Shown here piece after piece: positions 1 to 9,346 of a stretch of 64,000 bases of DNA. Source of the DNA: Cyanidioschyzon merolae (Eukaryota); assembly GCA_000091205.1 (NCBI GenBank), contig AP006499.2, one strand, 5' to 3'. The position numbers and the translations under genes are program-made. The notes beneath the pieces are model-generated. The model had not been told where the DNA came from and made no database searches. It saw only the letters and a list, made by a program, of their open reading frames with translations. The number at the start of each line of letters is the position of its first letter. The stretch's first letter is position 1.

Positions 1-77
1 CGTTCATTACATCGCCTGCAGGTGGCTTTTTACGGCGCGCTCTCGAACGTCAACTAGCGGACGACTGGAATGATTAC

Positions 78-944
78 ATGCAATCGATGCTGGACGCTGT
101 GGAGAGGCGCCTCTGGCCTGCGGTATTCCGAGAGAAGGATCAGGCCGTTGCACCTACGGGGCAAGCTGAAACCAGTGGGATTCGTCATACGACGGTAGAG
201 ACGACAGCGACGCCCGAAGCGTCATGCGTATGCGAGAAGACGTCGGCCGCGGAAACTGGACCTCCTGAAGAAGTATTGGACACAACTGATGTAGTAGTAG
301 TGAAGACGAAGAACGGTTCGGCAAGTCGTCGGCATCGTTCGGGACCGCGTTTGACGGCAGCAACTGAAGAGAATCGACGTCGCCTGTCGCAGATTATGAC
401 CCATCTGCGTCTGCGGCACTGGCGAGCGATCCTTGGACTCGTACCTGTTTTAGCGCTCTTTTACGCTCGAGTTGTCCTGGCGGTCGCTTGGCGAGTCCTC
501 GAACGACTTGGATTTGATCTGGGAATGCTTTTGATGCTGGGATGGCGGGCACTTGGAAACCTGCGACCACTAGCGTTAGTTAGCAGGGATCGCTCTGCTC
601 AGGAAACGTCCCCATTGATGGACGGTTCTGCAGCAGACACCGACAATGGTCTACGTGCTGCAGCAAAGCGATCACACATCACGAATGCTGCTGGCAACGG
701 CGCTGCAGAAGCGCAGACGCTCGGTAGCGATATCGTTCCCAGCACCTTGAACGGACGCGTTGCCGAGGATCGCCAAGTCACCGATACTGCGCGGAGCCGG
801 TCCAATGGGGTAGCCAACTCCACGAAATACGCACCAAACGGCGTGCAGCTGCAGCGTGCCTCAACAAGAGGCCGCCGCCGCAGCGGCGCTGTGCCGGACA
901 CCAGCACCGCGGACGACAACGACAACGAGCGCAAGCGGTCATGA
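78..944 (+). CDS. hypothetical protein with two predicted TM helices (AILGLVPVLALFYARVVLAVAW, GFDLGMLLMLGW); no recognised domain
   Basis: 288-aa ORF that begins after an in-frame stop at 54-56. It has a hydrophobic core flanked by low-complexity S/T/R-rich sequence. Confidence 0.25.
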   Translation: MQSMLDAVERRLWPAVFREKDQAVAPTGQAETSGIRHTTVETTATPEASCVCEKTSAAETGPPEEVLDTTDVVVVKTKNGSASRRHRSGPRLTAATEENRRRLSQIMTHLRLRHWRAILGLVPVLALFYARVVLAVAWRVLERLGFDLGMLLMLGWRALGNLRPLALVSRDRSAQETSPLMDGSAADTDNGLRAAAKRSHITNAAGNGAAEAQTLGSDIVPSTLNGRVAEDRQVTDTARSRSNGVANSTKYAPNGVQLQRASTRGRRRSGAVPDTSTADDNDNERKRS

Positions 945-1465
945 CATACGCGGTCGATGCATGTCGCCGCTGATGTTCCAGCTACATCTTCATCGTGTAG
1001 CTGAGGGCAAATCTTGTACTCCATAAAGCGAAGGGGTATCGAGCTCGCCCTAGACTTGTTTTATGTGGACCGAGAACAGCACGGCCACGTACAAGTTGTG
1101 TCTGTTGGCAGCGTGCCGCAGCAGCGTACGACGCTGCCTGGCCATTTTTTGCATCGCTGGACGAGTTCCGCGGCTGGGTAGCTGACGGCCTCCGTTCCTA
1201 TTGCGGCCGCAGGAAACAGCGAACACGCCTATGCCGCGAATAGCATTGCTTCGCGGATTTCGTGGTCGACACGGTGATTCAGCGTATTGCTTAACTAGGA
1301 ACAGATGACTCGTTGAACTGCAAGCGCTCGAATGCTGAACATGTAGAGACGGTTGCCTGTGCAAGCTGCCTGATCTAGTGTGCAACCACGAGCAGTACGC
1401 ATTAGGCGGTTTGAGTCGGTGTTCCGGACCTACAATATCGGTTGCTGTCAGCTGCACTGAGAACA

Positions 1466-1822
1466 CGCTTCCAACTGCATCCTTACATGATCAGAGGATG
1501 CTGGCGATAGAGCGCTTGCGATTGTGCATGCTTCCCGCCAAATGTGCTGCACGCATCGATCCAACAGACAGCACATACGCCGAACGCTTCCAACTGCATC
1601 CTTACATGATCAGAGGATGCTGGCGATAGAGCGCTTGCGATTGTGCATGCTTCCCGCCAAATGTGCTGCACGCATCGATCCAACAGACAGCACATACGCC
1701 GAACGCTTCCAACTGCATCCTTACATGATCAGAGGATGCTGGCGATAGAGCGCTTGCGATTGTGCATGCTTCCCGCCAAATGTGCTGCACGCATCGATCC
1801 AACAGACAGCACATACGCCGAA
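1466..1822. repeat. tandem minisatellite, 119-bp unit x ~3 (near-identical)
   Basis: The unit cgcttccaactgcatccttacatgatcagaggatgctggcgatagagcg... recurs at 1466, 1585 and 1704. It produces the repeated 70-83 aa ORFs in the ORF track. Confidence 0.9.
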
Positions 1823-1847
1823 AGCGCTGCGTCGATCCGTGTACGTT

Positions 1848-4800
1848 TCACGTAGATGAGCGCATCGCAGGTGCGCCCTCACCTAGAAGTAGACGGAGCT
1901 GCTCAAAGTCGCTTGGATCGTTGACAAGCCTTTGCAGCTCCGTCTGAATTTGTTGGAGTTCTACGGAATGCTGCGGTTGGCGGGCAATCAGAGCAAGACG
2001 GTAGTATCGTTTCATCTGTTGGAAAATTAGCGAAAAGGTACGATCACCGACTCGAGCACGAATGCGTTCCATGATCGTTTTGCTGATCATTTGAGAGCCA
2101 CGTGCAAGAGCTGCATCCTTGTGCACAGCGGATACAGCTCGACGCTCGGCTTTCGCCTTCCAGACCAAGCCTGGTTCAGCGGTCGACGTCGACGAGACGG
2201 CCGTGGCGGCCACGTTGGTCTCGCGGAGTCTTTTCGACGACTGCGATGACAACGATAGCGAGCGCGCTCGCCGTGCATCGCATGTTCCCGTTTTTCCTGC
2301 CTGATCATACTCTTGGGACTGTCGCCCGATCATAGCTGCATGTTGCGCCATCGACTGGAGACGCGGTTGCTCGTCCTTGCTCGCCTGAAACGGATCAACA
2401 GGTGTGCGAACTGGCGGTACCGAGGTTGCGAGTTCCAACTGCGCCGCTGAGAGTTGGCGAATTCGCTCCGAGTGCCAGAAGCCGCACAGATTCGACATGA
2501 AGGTTCCAAAGCGCTCAAAAACTTGGATATTGTGCGTTGCTCGCGGATCCGCATCCGATGAAGCTGCACTCAGCCAGCGCGGGAGGTCTCTCAGATGAGC
2601 TCGAAACCGCTCGTCACAGAGGAGAATCGCTCCAAAGTCCTGCGCGTGACGAATCACCCGACCCATGGCCTGGTTTGCTGCTCGTAGGCATTGCTGCACG
2701 TACCAGAGGCGACCAGTGATCGTCTTGCCGTGATCCCTGAGGTGAAGCGCCTGACGTTCCAGATAATCGCGTTTCAGGATGATGCGCGGATCTGTTGTCG
2801 AAGGAAACGGAAGACCGACTAGAATCACCGTTCGTCCAAAGTCGTCAGCGAAATCGATCCCCTCGCCGGTGCGTCCTCGACAAACCGCGAAGAGGCATGC
2901 GTCGCGGCCGCTGGAAATCCATTGGCGGTAGGCGTCCACGGTTTGCCGAGAGGCGTCAGCGTCGCGAGGCTCCATAAAGATGCGCTTCACGGCATTGAGA
3001 CGATCCCAGACAGTCGCCTGGGTAGGCTGACGGCCACGATGAGCGGGATTCAACGGGTTGTTGTGATGAAAGGCGCCCGTCTGCCAGATTTCTACGAACC
3101 GAGCGAGCAGCACATAGGACGGAAAGAAGACGAGCATGCCACGCGGTGAGACGCGAGCGATATTGACCAGCGCGCTACCGAGATCCGAGATATACTCGCG
3201 ATTGTGTCGATTCGCATACGAGCTGTTCAGTTGAATATCCCGCGGCCCTTTGGTAAGGATCCCCGCGAATACCTGAGTTGCTGGATCGACGACATGGGAG
3301 TTCTGGAGACGAACTGGAAACGAAGCACCCATCTCCGATGCAACGGATTCTAGGGGGCTCAGCGTCCCTGAGGTCAACAGCACTGCATGTGCATTCGAGG
3401 TGGCTCGACGGAGCGCGAGACCCGGCCAAAGGCACCAGAATGAGAGCGTGTATCCTGTAGAGGAGCGATGTTCACGTGCGGATTGGTGTACGTACTTGCC
3501 AGAGGCAGCCTCTGCCGCTGCGGTGCCGCTCAAGGGTGGGCGCTGCTGCGACGGTGTTTGCCTCGGCCATCCGACACCATCGTACGCGGAGGGCGTCTTC
3601 AGACGACTGGGATTCATCGCCTGGTGGGTAGTACCAGCGGTGCCCTTCGCCGGCTCGTGCACACAGATCGCGAACGTGGACGCCGTCTCTGGTTTCCCGA
3701 ACAGACGAGATAGCTCCAGCACCTGACTGAGCTGCTCTAGCGCGTGCACCTGAGCGGCCCATGCTGCCGCTGACGTGCGCTGTGTAGTCCGTACTTGTCG
3801 GTGAAGCAGCCCCGTATAAGGATCACCCTGATCCCGTGTCTCTATGGCATCTGCTTCCGGCGCCTGTGAATGATCGAGCGCAGCAGCGGTCCCGTCAGGG
3901 AATTGTTGCCGCAATTGTGTGAGTGCACGGATCGCCGCTTCTACGCCGCGGAGCAGACGCTCATACGCTTCCTCGGTGAGCGTTGCGTCTTTCGAAGAGC
4001 ACTGCAAAAATGATTCAATAGCATGACCAGGAAGCACCACGCCATCAATCCCTTCAATCCGACGCCGCTGCCCAAAACACACCGTGCCTCCATTCTCTGC
4101 ACCAGGGCGCGCATGAGACGCCTTGGCGTCCGCCTGGGAAACCAGCGATATGCGCTCTTCAAGTGCGACCATGATTTCGAGCAGAGCGTGGAGATCAGAC
4201 GCGTGTAGCGCGGGCTCCGTGTTGGATCCTTCGCGCCCGTCGCGGTTCAGAAGACCCGAGGATAGCGCACTTGCCAATTGCTGAATAGCGCTGACGCACC
4301 TTTGACGCTCCGCAGCGGTAAAATCGAAGCTGAGACTATCACAGCAGATGCTCTCCAGATTGTGTGCCTCGTCGCCGATGATGATATCGCCTTCGACGCT
4401 GAGCCCCAGCGAACGCCGACACTTGCCATCGAACAAATAATTGTAGGGCATGAAGATGATTTCGGCCTCGGCAGATGCCTCACGACTGAGAAAATAAGGG
4501 CACATCGCATGCTGATGCCCGTACGCTGCCAAGTCCTCGAGGTCTCGTGGGCGCCGTCCCGGAAGCGCTAGCGTCGAGGTGCTGTCGACGGCGATGAAGA
4601 AAAAGTCATCGCCAACCTCCTTGAACTTTTGTTCGGCATTCAGATAAAAGCTGCAGCGTCGCTCTTTAGTCAACTGGGTACAACGAACGTTCTGCATTGT
4701 GGCGTTTTCGAGTCGAGATACAACCGGGTGGACGCAGAGGTGCTGGCGGGAGCCGAGGACCACGGTCCGAACGCTCGCACCATATGCGGTTCTGCTGAGC

Positions 4801-5276
4801 TCTCGCACTGCCTGCTTGATCTGACTATGCGTTCGCGTCAGGTAGATGATTCTGGGAACCGACTGCAGGGGCGTTGGGCCCGGCCCGTTTTCAGAGCTGG
4901 CCGCAGGTACGAGGCCACGAAGGCTGGCCTCCGGTGCCACGACTGCACCGGCTGCACCCTGCACCCCCTGGAGCAAGCGCTCACCATAATCGTTCTTCGG
5001 GCTGTCATCGGCTAGTGATTTGGATATGCGCTGAGTGCTAGCCTGACCTTGAACTTGGGCAACGAGCAACGAGCGCCAGGCTAGTGCCGCACACAAGAGT
5101 CCGAGTGTTTTGCCCGTGCCCGTCGGAGACTCCAAGAGCGCGTTTTGTCCGGTTTGCAGCGCTTCGATCACATGTTCCATATACCGAACTTGACATGGAT
5201 ATGGCTCGAAGGGAAATTCTACGGGGACTTGGCGAATAAACAGCGTTCGGCCCGGAGCGGGGCTACTGGAAGCCAT
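1848..5276 (-). CDS. RTEL1: Rad3/XPD-family Fe-S DNA helicase, RTEL1-like
   Basis: N-terminal signature VEFPFEPYPCQVRYMEHVIEALQTGQNALLESPTGTGKTLGLLCAALAWR (Walker A). The DEAH box is IIIGDEAHN. There are four Fe-S cysteines (LCVHP, VRCTQL, RRCSFY, AMCPYF). Helicase-C motifs are CRGRTGEGIDFADDFGRTVILVGLPFP. The likely start is M (MASSSPAPGRTLF) at 5276; the ORF track extends to 5393. Confidence 0.85.
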   Translation of the reverse strand: MASSSPAPGRTLFIRQVPVEFPFEPYPCQVRYMEHVIEALQTGQNALLESPTGTGKTLGLLCAALAWRSLLVAQVQGQASTQRISKSLADDSPKNDYGERLLQGVQGAAGAVVAPEASLRGLVPAASSENGPGPTPLQSVPRIIYLTRTHSQIKQAVRELSRTAYGASVRTVVLGSRQHLCVHPVVSRLENATMQNVRCTQLTKERRCSFYLNAEQKFKEVGDDFFFIAVDSTSTLALPGRRPRDLEDLAAYGHQHAMCPYFLSREASAEAEIIFMPYNYLFDGKCRRSLGLSVEGDIIIGDEAHNLESICCDSLSFDFTAAERQRCVSAIQQLASALSSGLLNRDGREGSNTEPALHASDLHALLEIMVALEERISLVSQADAKASHARPGAENGGTVCFGQRRRIEGIDGVVLPGHAIESFLQCSSKDATLTEEAYERLLRGVEAAIRALTQLRQQFPDGTAAALDHSQAPEADAIETRDQGDPYTGLLHRQVRTTQRTSAAAWAAQVHALEQLSQVLELSRLFGKPETASTFAICVHEPAKGTAGTTHQAMNPSRLKTPSAYDGVGWPRQTPSQQRPPLSGTAAAEAASGKYVHQSAREHRSSTGYTLSFWCLWPGLALRRATSNAHAVLLTSGTLSPLESVASEMGASFPVRLQNSHVVDPATQVFAGILTKGPRDIQLNSSYANRHNREYISDLGSALVNIARVSPRGMLVFFPSYVLLARFVEIWQTGAFHHNNPLNPAHRGRQPTQATVWDRLNAVKRIFMEPRDADASRQTVDAYRQWISSGRDACLFAVCRGRTGEGIDFADDFGRTVILVGLPFPSTTDPRIILKRDYLERQALHLRDHGKTITGRLWYVQQCLRAANQAMGRVIRHAQDFGAILLCDERFRAHLRDLPRWLSAASSDADPRATHNIQVFERFGTFMSNLCGFWHSERIRQLSAAQLELATSVPPVRTPVDPFQASKDEQPRLQSMAQHAAMIGRQSQEYDQAGKTGTCDARRARSLSLSSQSSKRLRETNVAATAVSSTSTAEPGLVWKAKAERRAVSAVHKDAALARGSQMISKTIMERIRARVGDRTFSLIFQQMKRYYRLALIARQPQHSVELQQIQTELQRLVNDPSDFEQLRLLLGEGAPAMRSST

Positions 5277-5699
5277 CCAAGCGAAACGCCCCGCTCGAGG
5301 ACAGACGTATACGTCCGTCTGAGCGCTGCATGCTGAATGGCGCCAAGTCACTGCACTGCGACTGGTATCGGTACCCTGGGGCCTTGCAAGCACCCTGGTG
5401 CTGAGTTTGAAGGCTTGTTTTCGGGGCTTTTATAGCAAAGGAACATGCTATGGGAAATGTGACGATCGTCCATAGAATAGTTTGGGAGCGTTCTCTTTCA
5501 GTCGGGAAACTGCTGGCGTCTTCCCGCACCCGTGTGTGCGGTGAGTGGACCGCTGGTGGCGCTTTGTAGACGTCGCTACGCCTATGCGAGGGCGTTTCGG
5601 GGTGACTCGAGGATCGCTTCTCTTCGACGCGTTTTCCTCATGGAGCAGAGGCATGGTAATGTGTCCGTTTTTAAGGTTCAGCGCACCGTTGGAAAGACA

Positions 5700-7376
5700 T
5701 CACCAGCACCACCACCGCCTATCACACGGACGATGCCGCCCGTGTACAGTAGTGGCGAGAAACCCGCCCTGGACAAAACGTCTCCAACCGAGGTGCAGAC
5801 GTCTCCTAGTCCTTTTGGACCGGCCATCTACTACTGCTTCCAACGTTGTCTCATATAGTTCGACTTTGAGAGGTTGTCCCAAAAAATTCTCTCTTGTCGA
5901 CTCTGGAGGTCTCGTCTCCAGCACCGCACATTTCCTTGTATTGATTGCGGCGTTAAAGTCTCGGTTCACGAATTCCATACGTTTCTCCCCGTTGGTAGTT
6001 GTGCTTACTAGTGCGCCTAGTCCTCGAACTTTCGCCCTCCTTTCCGTTTGCTCCTCCGTCAGCGCTCCGTACTTTTTTATATCCTCAGGGGTCCGTTGGC
6101 ACTTTTCCATCTCCACGCTCTGAAGTGTACACCCCAGTTCATGGTGTGTATGCAATGCTCGGAACTCATCTACAGGTATTGTAACAAAACACCTCGCGCA
6201 CTCCTTGGATGTTCTTGTCGTTGGAGCTGGCGTAGTTCCTTTTTGTATCTTCCGGCGCCCTGCTCCATATGCCACTACGAGCCTCTGATTTTCATCCTCT
6301 TTCAGGGCACTCAACTCATTGAAAAAGTCCGCGAACGCCCGCTGCCTCCCACCGTACAGATTCATCCGCAAACGAGCCCGCCGGGGCTTGGTATACTCCT
6401 CCCACAGCGCATCCCAATGGGCAACACGAACTTCCATGAATTTCCGAAAAGCTTCAAAGTCGGCTCTTCGGCTGGTCACCTCGCTCAAAGCCTCCAGGTG
6501 ATCCTTCATTCCTGCGTTCCACTTCTCAGTTTTCTTCCTCGCATTCATCATTCCCGATTCTCGACAGTATCTCGCTCTCGAGAACCTCAAAAGACGCATG
6601 TCTTTCTGACGGAAGTTGCCGTCAGCACCATCTTCCGCACGCTTCGGTGCTGCGATGGTGATGATATTTGTGTTTCGGGGGTCCGCGCCAACGACAAGGT
6701 CGTTATCCTGCACTTTCTGCGTCTCAAGACTCGCCTCCTTCTTTTCTTCATGCTTCATCGCGTCAACGACAAGCACGTTATCCTGCACTTTCTGCGTCGC
6801 ATGTTCCGCCTCCTTCTCATCTTCATACTTCGTCACGCCAACGACAAGGTCGTTATCCTCCATCTCCTGCATCGCAGGATCCCCCTCTTTGTTTTCTTCA
6901 TCCTTCGTCACGGGCGCAGCCGAGGGCCGAACTGGACGATCTTTCTTCAACCGCCGATAGTGTATACACAAGGCTACTCCATCGGTTTCGATCAACCCAG
7001 TGAACCACTTTTGCTCGCTCACTCTCAGACGTTTGAAATTGAAGATATTCTTCCAGTACGTCTCCCGGTTTTCGCCGGTGAAGTCCTCCCTGCTAACATT
7101 GAACTCCGGACTGATCTCCTTCATGATGCCGTAGAGGACGCCGGAATCGATAGTCACGAAATGTGACTTGATATTGCACATTGGAACGATGTTGAAGCGC
7201 TTCCCCATTAGGAAAGCCTTCCGTCTCTCCCACTCTTCATTTTTGTCCTCACTTAGCTCCACCTCTGCCTTGCGTTCGAGTTCTCGGTCCAGAAACACAA
7301 AATAGCGCAGGATGAGGCGATAGTATCTTTCCTTATCTTTTTTATCTCTGATATCTTGTCTGCTGGATTCGCCCAC
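5700..7376 (-). CDS. TnpB/Fanzor-like RNA-guided-endonuclease-family protein (RuvC-like nuclease with Zn-finger); probably the 3' exon/major part of a longer gene
   Basis: RuvC-I-like motif [17 protein letters not shown] Cys/His cluster follows: CARCF...HTHHELGC...EKCQ. The RuvC-III hallmark is [15 protein letters not shown] (D-x-NAA-x-N). The N-terminus is K/R-rich ([13 protein letters not shown]-like). Upstream ORFs on the same strand in alternating frames (7253-7633, 7618-7812, 7870-8181) suggest extra exons or frameshifts. Confidence 0.6.
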   Translation of the reverse strand: MGESSRQDIRDKKDKERYYRLILRYFVFLDRELERKAEVELSEDKNEEWERRKAFLMGKRFNIVPMCNIKSHFVTIDSGVLYGIMKEISPEFNVSREDFTGENRETYWKNIFNFKRLRVSEQKWFTGLIETDGVALCIHYRRLKKDRPVRPSAAPVTKDEENKEGDPAMQEMEDNDLVVGVTKYEDEKEAEHATQKVQDNVLVVDAMKHEEKKEASLETQKVQDNDLVVGADPRNTNIITIAAPKRAEDGADGNFRQKDMRLLRFSRARYCRESGMMNARKKTEKWNAGMKDHLEALSEVTSRRADFEAFRKFMEVRVAHWDALWEEYTKPRRARLRMNLYGGRQRAFADFFNELSALKEDENQRLVVAYGAGRRKIQKGTTPAPTTRTSKECARCFVTIPVDEFRALHTHHELGCTLQSVEMEKCQRTPEDIKKYGALTEEQTERRAKVRGLGALVSTTTNGEKRMEFVNRDFNAAINTRKCAVLETRPPESTRENFLGQPLKVELYETTLEAVVDGRSKRTRRRLHLGWRRFVQGGFLATTVHGRHRPCDRRWWCW

Positions 7377-8200
7377 CCGAGTACCGCACGGTGCTCTTGT
7401 ATAACCGCACGGATTACAGAAGCTTCATTCGTGCTGCCGTTTGATATCCTCATGTCCACAAATTCGACCTCATCTTCATATCTGCGATCGTTCGTGATGC
7501 CATTGATAATCGCCCATATCCCCTTGCAAGAGATACCCCCGTACAGCGCAAACACGGCGCGTATCATGAAACGTTCGAGGTTCATTGTCAAAAGGTTCTT
7601 CAGGTTCGTGATATACTTCATCGCTCCGTACATGTAAATACCCCGGTCACCCTTGTATCGAGTACCCTCGAACCCGTAAAAGGGATGTCGTTCGTGGAGC
7701 GCGTGAACCCGCCCATTTTACCCCGCGTTTCCTCTGCACCAAACACCAGGTGCCGAATAAAGGTCTTGTCAAAGAACTCGTCTGGAATCTCGACTGTTTC
7801 CACGTGCGCCACGTCTTCTTACATCTCGCGCACCAAATTCATCAGTCTTGACGACACCTTTATAATACTCTAGGAGTACAGATCGACATGCTGTCTGATG
7901 TCGTCTTGCAACTTTTGCTCATCCGAATCCTCGAGGTGTCCATGAGGGCGGGTTACCACTACCGTCCCGTCATAGTCTCGTGTTTCGTGCAGCTTCTGAC
8001 GCCGGGCCTCCCCTTTTGCTTCCGTGTCTTTTCCTGTTCCTCTGCACTTGGCAGTGTTTCTCTTTTTTTTCTGGCAGCCGGCGACACTGCGCCTCCAGGA
8101 TCCTTCATTTCTATGTCCATAACTTTCCTTTGCTATGTTTTTGAAAAAGAACGCATTTTGAACGCTTCCGTTATAAACCACGTAAAATCACTTGAATACA
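5830..8200 (-). mobile_element. putative Fanzor/TnpB-carrying transposable element (approximate bounds)
   Basis: The TnpB-like ORF lies in an AT-richer island (about 7400-8450). DNA and protein homology to the second copy (53125-53950) ends abruptly near 5830-5865, which would be the putative right end. The left bound is uncertain. Confidence 0.35.
6690..6925 (-). repeat. in-frame coding tandem repeat (~78-81 bp x3) inside the Fanzor-like ORF
   Basis: The DNA unit caacgacaag[g/c][t/a]cgttatcct... recurs at ~6690, 6773 and 6846. It encodes ...[11 protein letters not shown]... three times. The last copy is the RuvC-I strand itself. Confidence 0.7.
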
Positions 8201-8605
8201 CTCATGTGAAGATTGAAACACAATTGAATTTAAAGATTATATTATGCTACGACTTGAACGCAAATACAACTTGTGCGTTAGAGCAATACGCTATTGATAA
8301 GGATCGCGTTTCCCTTCAACGGCGAGGTACGCGTCGTATCTCATACCTGCCTGATCTGAAAGTGGGCTTATCGACTGCGCTATTGAAAAAAAGAACAGAG
8401 ACTAGCCCCTATATAGCAACGAAATAACATTTTCTTCTCCCTTCAACGATAAACGTTAAAAGGCGGGAAAGGTTTCCATTTTGTCGAAACTTTACCTTCT
8501 TGGCGGAAGATCTCGCGAGCCGGACGAGTATGCCTGGCGGGTGCTTCATGCTCCCGCACTAGCGGGTGCCGTAGTGAGATCTTGGCAGCTCGTCCGAAAC
8601 CCAAT

Positions 8606-8888
8606 TTTTATTGGAATAGGACTAGAAGTGGACAGCTCTCATCCAAGTGTCGCCTTGGTCGCAGTGATCGCTTATAGTGACCCTTTGCGCGGCCGCACGC
8701 AGAAGCTCTGTCTGCGATAATTGCTGGCTCCCAGATTGATAACGAAACCTGATCCCGTGTCGCGCAAACCACGCCTCTAGTCGACGCCCCCAGTGGTATG
8801 GCAAAACCTTTCTGTCCCCGTGATGCATCCACACAAGCGGTTTAGGCGCTGTAGCGGGTGCTCAGCGCCGGCACTCGGCACACAATAG
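8606..8888 (+). repeat. ~280-bp dispersed non-coding element, copy 1 (candidate ncRNA gene or TE terminus)
   Basis: About 75% identical over its full length to 42343-42618 in the same orientation. Shared blocks are tttatt..aggactagaagtgg, tcatcca.gtgtcg, tggtcgcag, gctggctcccaga.tgataa, cgacgccc..cag.ggt.tggca and gcgggt.ctca. No protein-level conservation was seen in any frame. Confidence 0.65.
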
Positions 8889-9346
8889 ATCGTAAAAAAA
8901 CTACCCGTACATCCGAGAGACATTATAAATAATGGAACATGGGAGTAGGGTTCTCCAGCATGATGAACGCTCTCTCGATTACCAGTACCCATCCATCCCG
9001 CGATTTTAGATCCACGGTCAACGAAAACGTCTTGTGAGCGGAGAGCGGAGCGCCGCGCGGTACGCGCTCCACCGCGCGCCCGTTGATGATCGCGAGCGCG
9101 CCGGTGCGCCGCGCACTGCACCAACGACCGCACAATGCTCACGTCCGCGTTGGATTGTCTGGGTGTTTGTTTTCTTTGCAGTGACGAGGAGGCATACGGG
9201 TTTGCGCTTACAAGTCTAGCGCTCACCGCAAGCACTGGTGGCTGCGTGAGGGCGCAGACGAAATCGGGTGGTTTTTTACCGACAGAAGCGCATTTGATCG
9301 GGGCTGGAACGCTGCGCTGCTTGCGTGTGCTCGTGCCGCTCGTACG

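Noticed and set aside
1466-1822. CRISPR-like reading of the 119-bp and 72-bp tandem arrays
   Set aside because: The units are contiguous and near-identical with no unique spacers. The genome is eukaryotic and no cas genes are present.
6048-7166. 372-aa plus-strand ORF
   Set aside because: It is antisense to the TnpB/Fanzor-like gene. Its composition is L/R/F/H-rich with no motif. The sense-strand ORF carries the recognisable RuvC motifs.
8606-8888. Identification of the 280-bp element as a known U-snRNA or 5S rRNA
   Set aside because: Comparison by eye with remembered U1, U2, U4, U5, U6 and 5S consensus sequences gave no convincing match. It is left as an unclassified conserved element.
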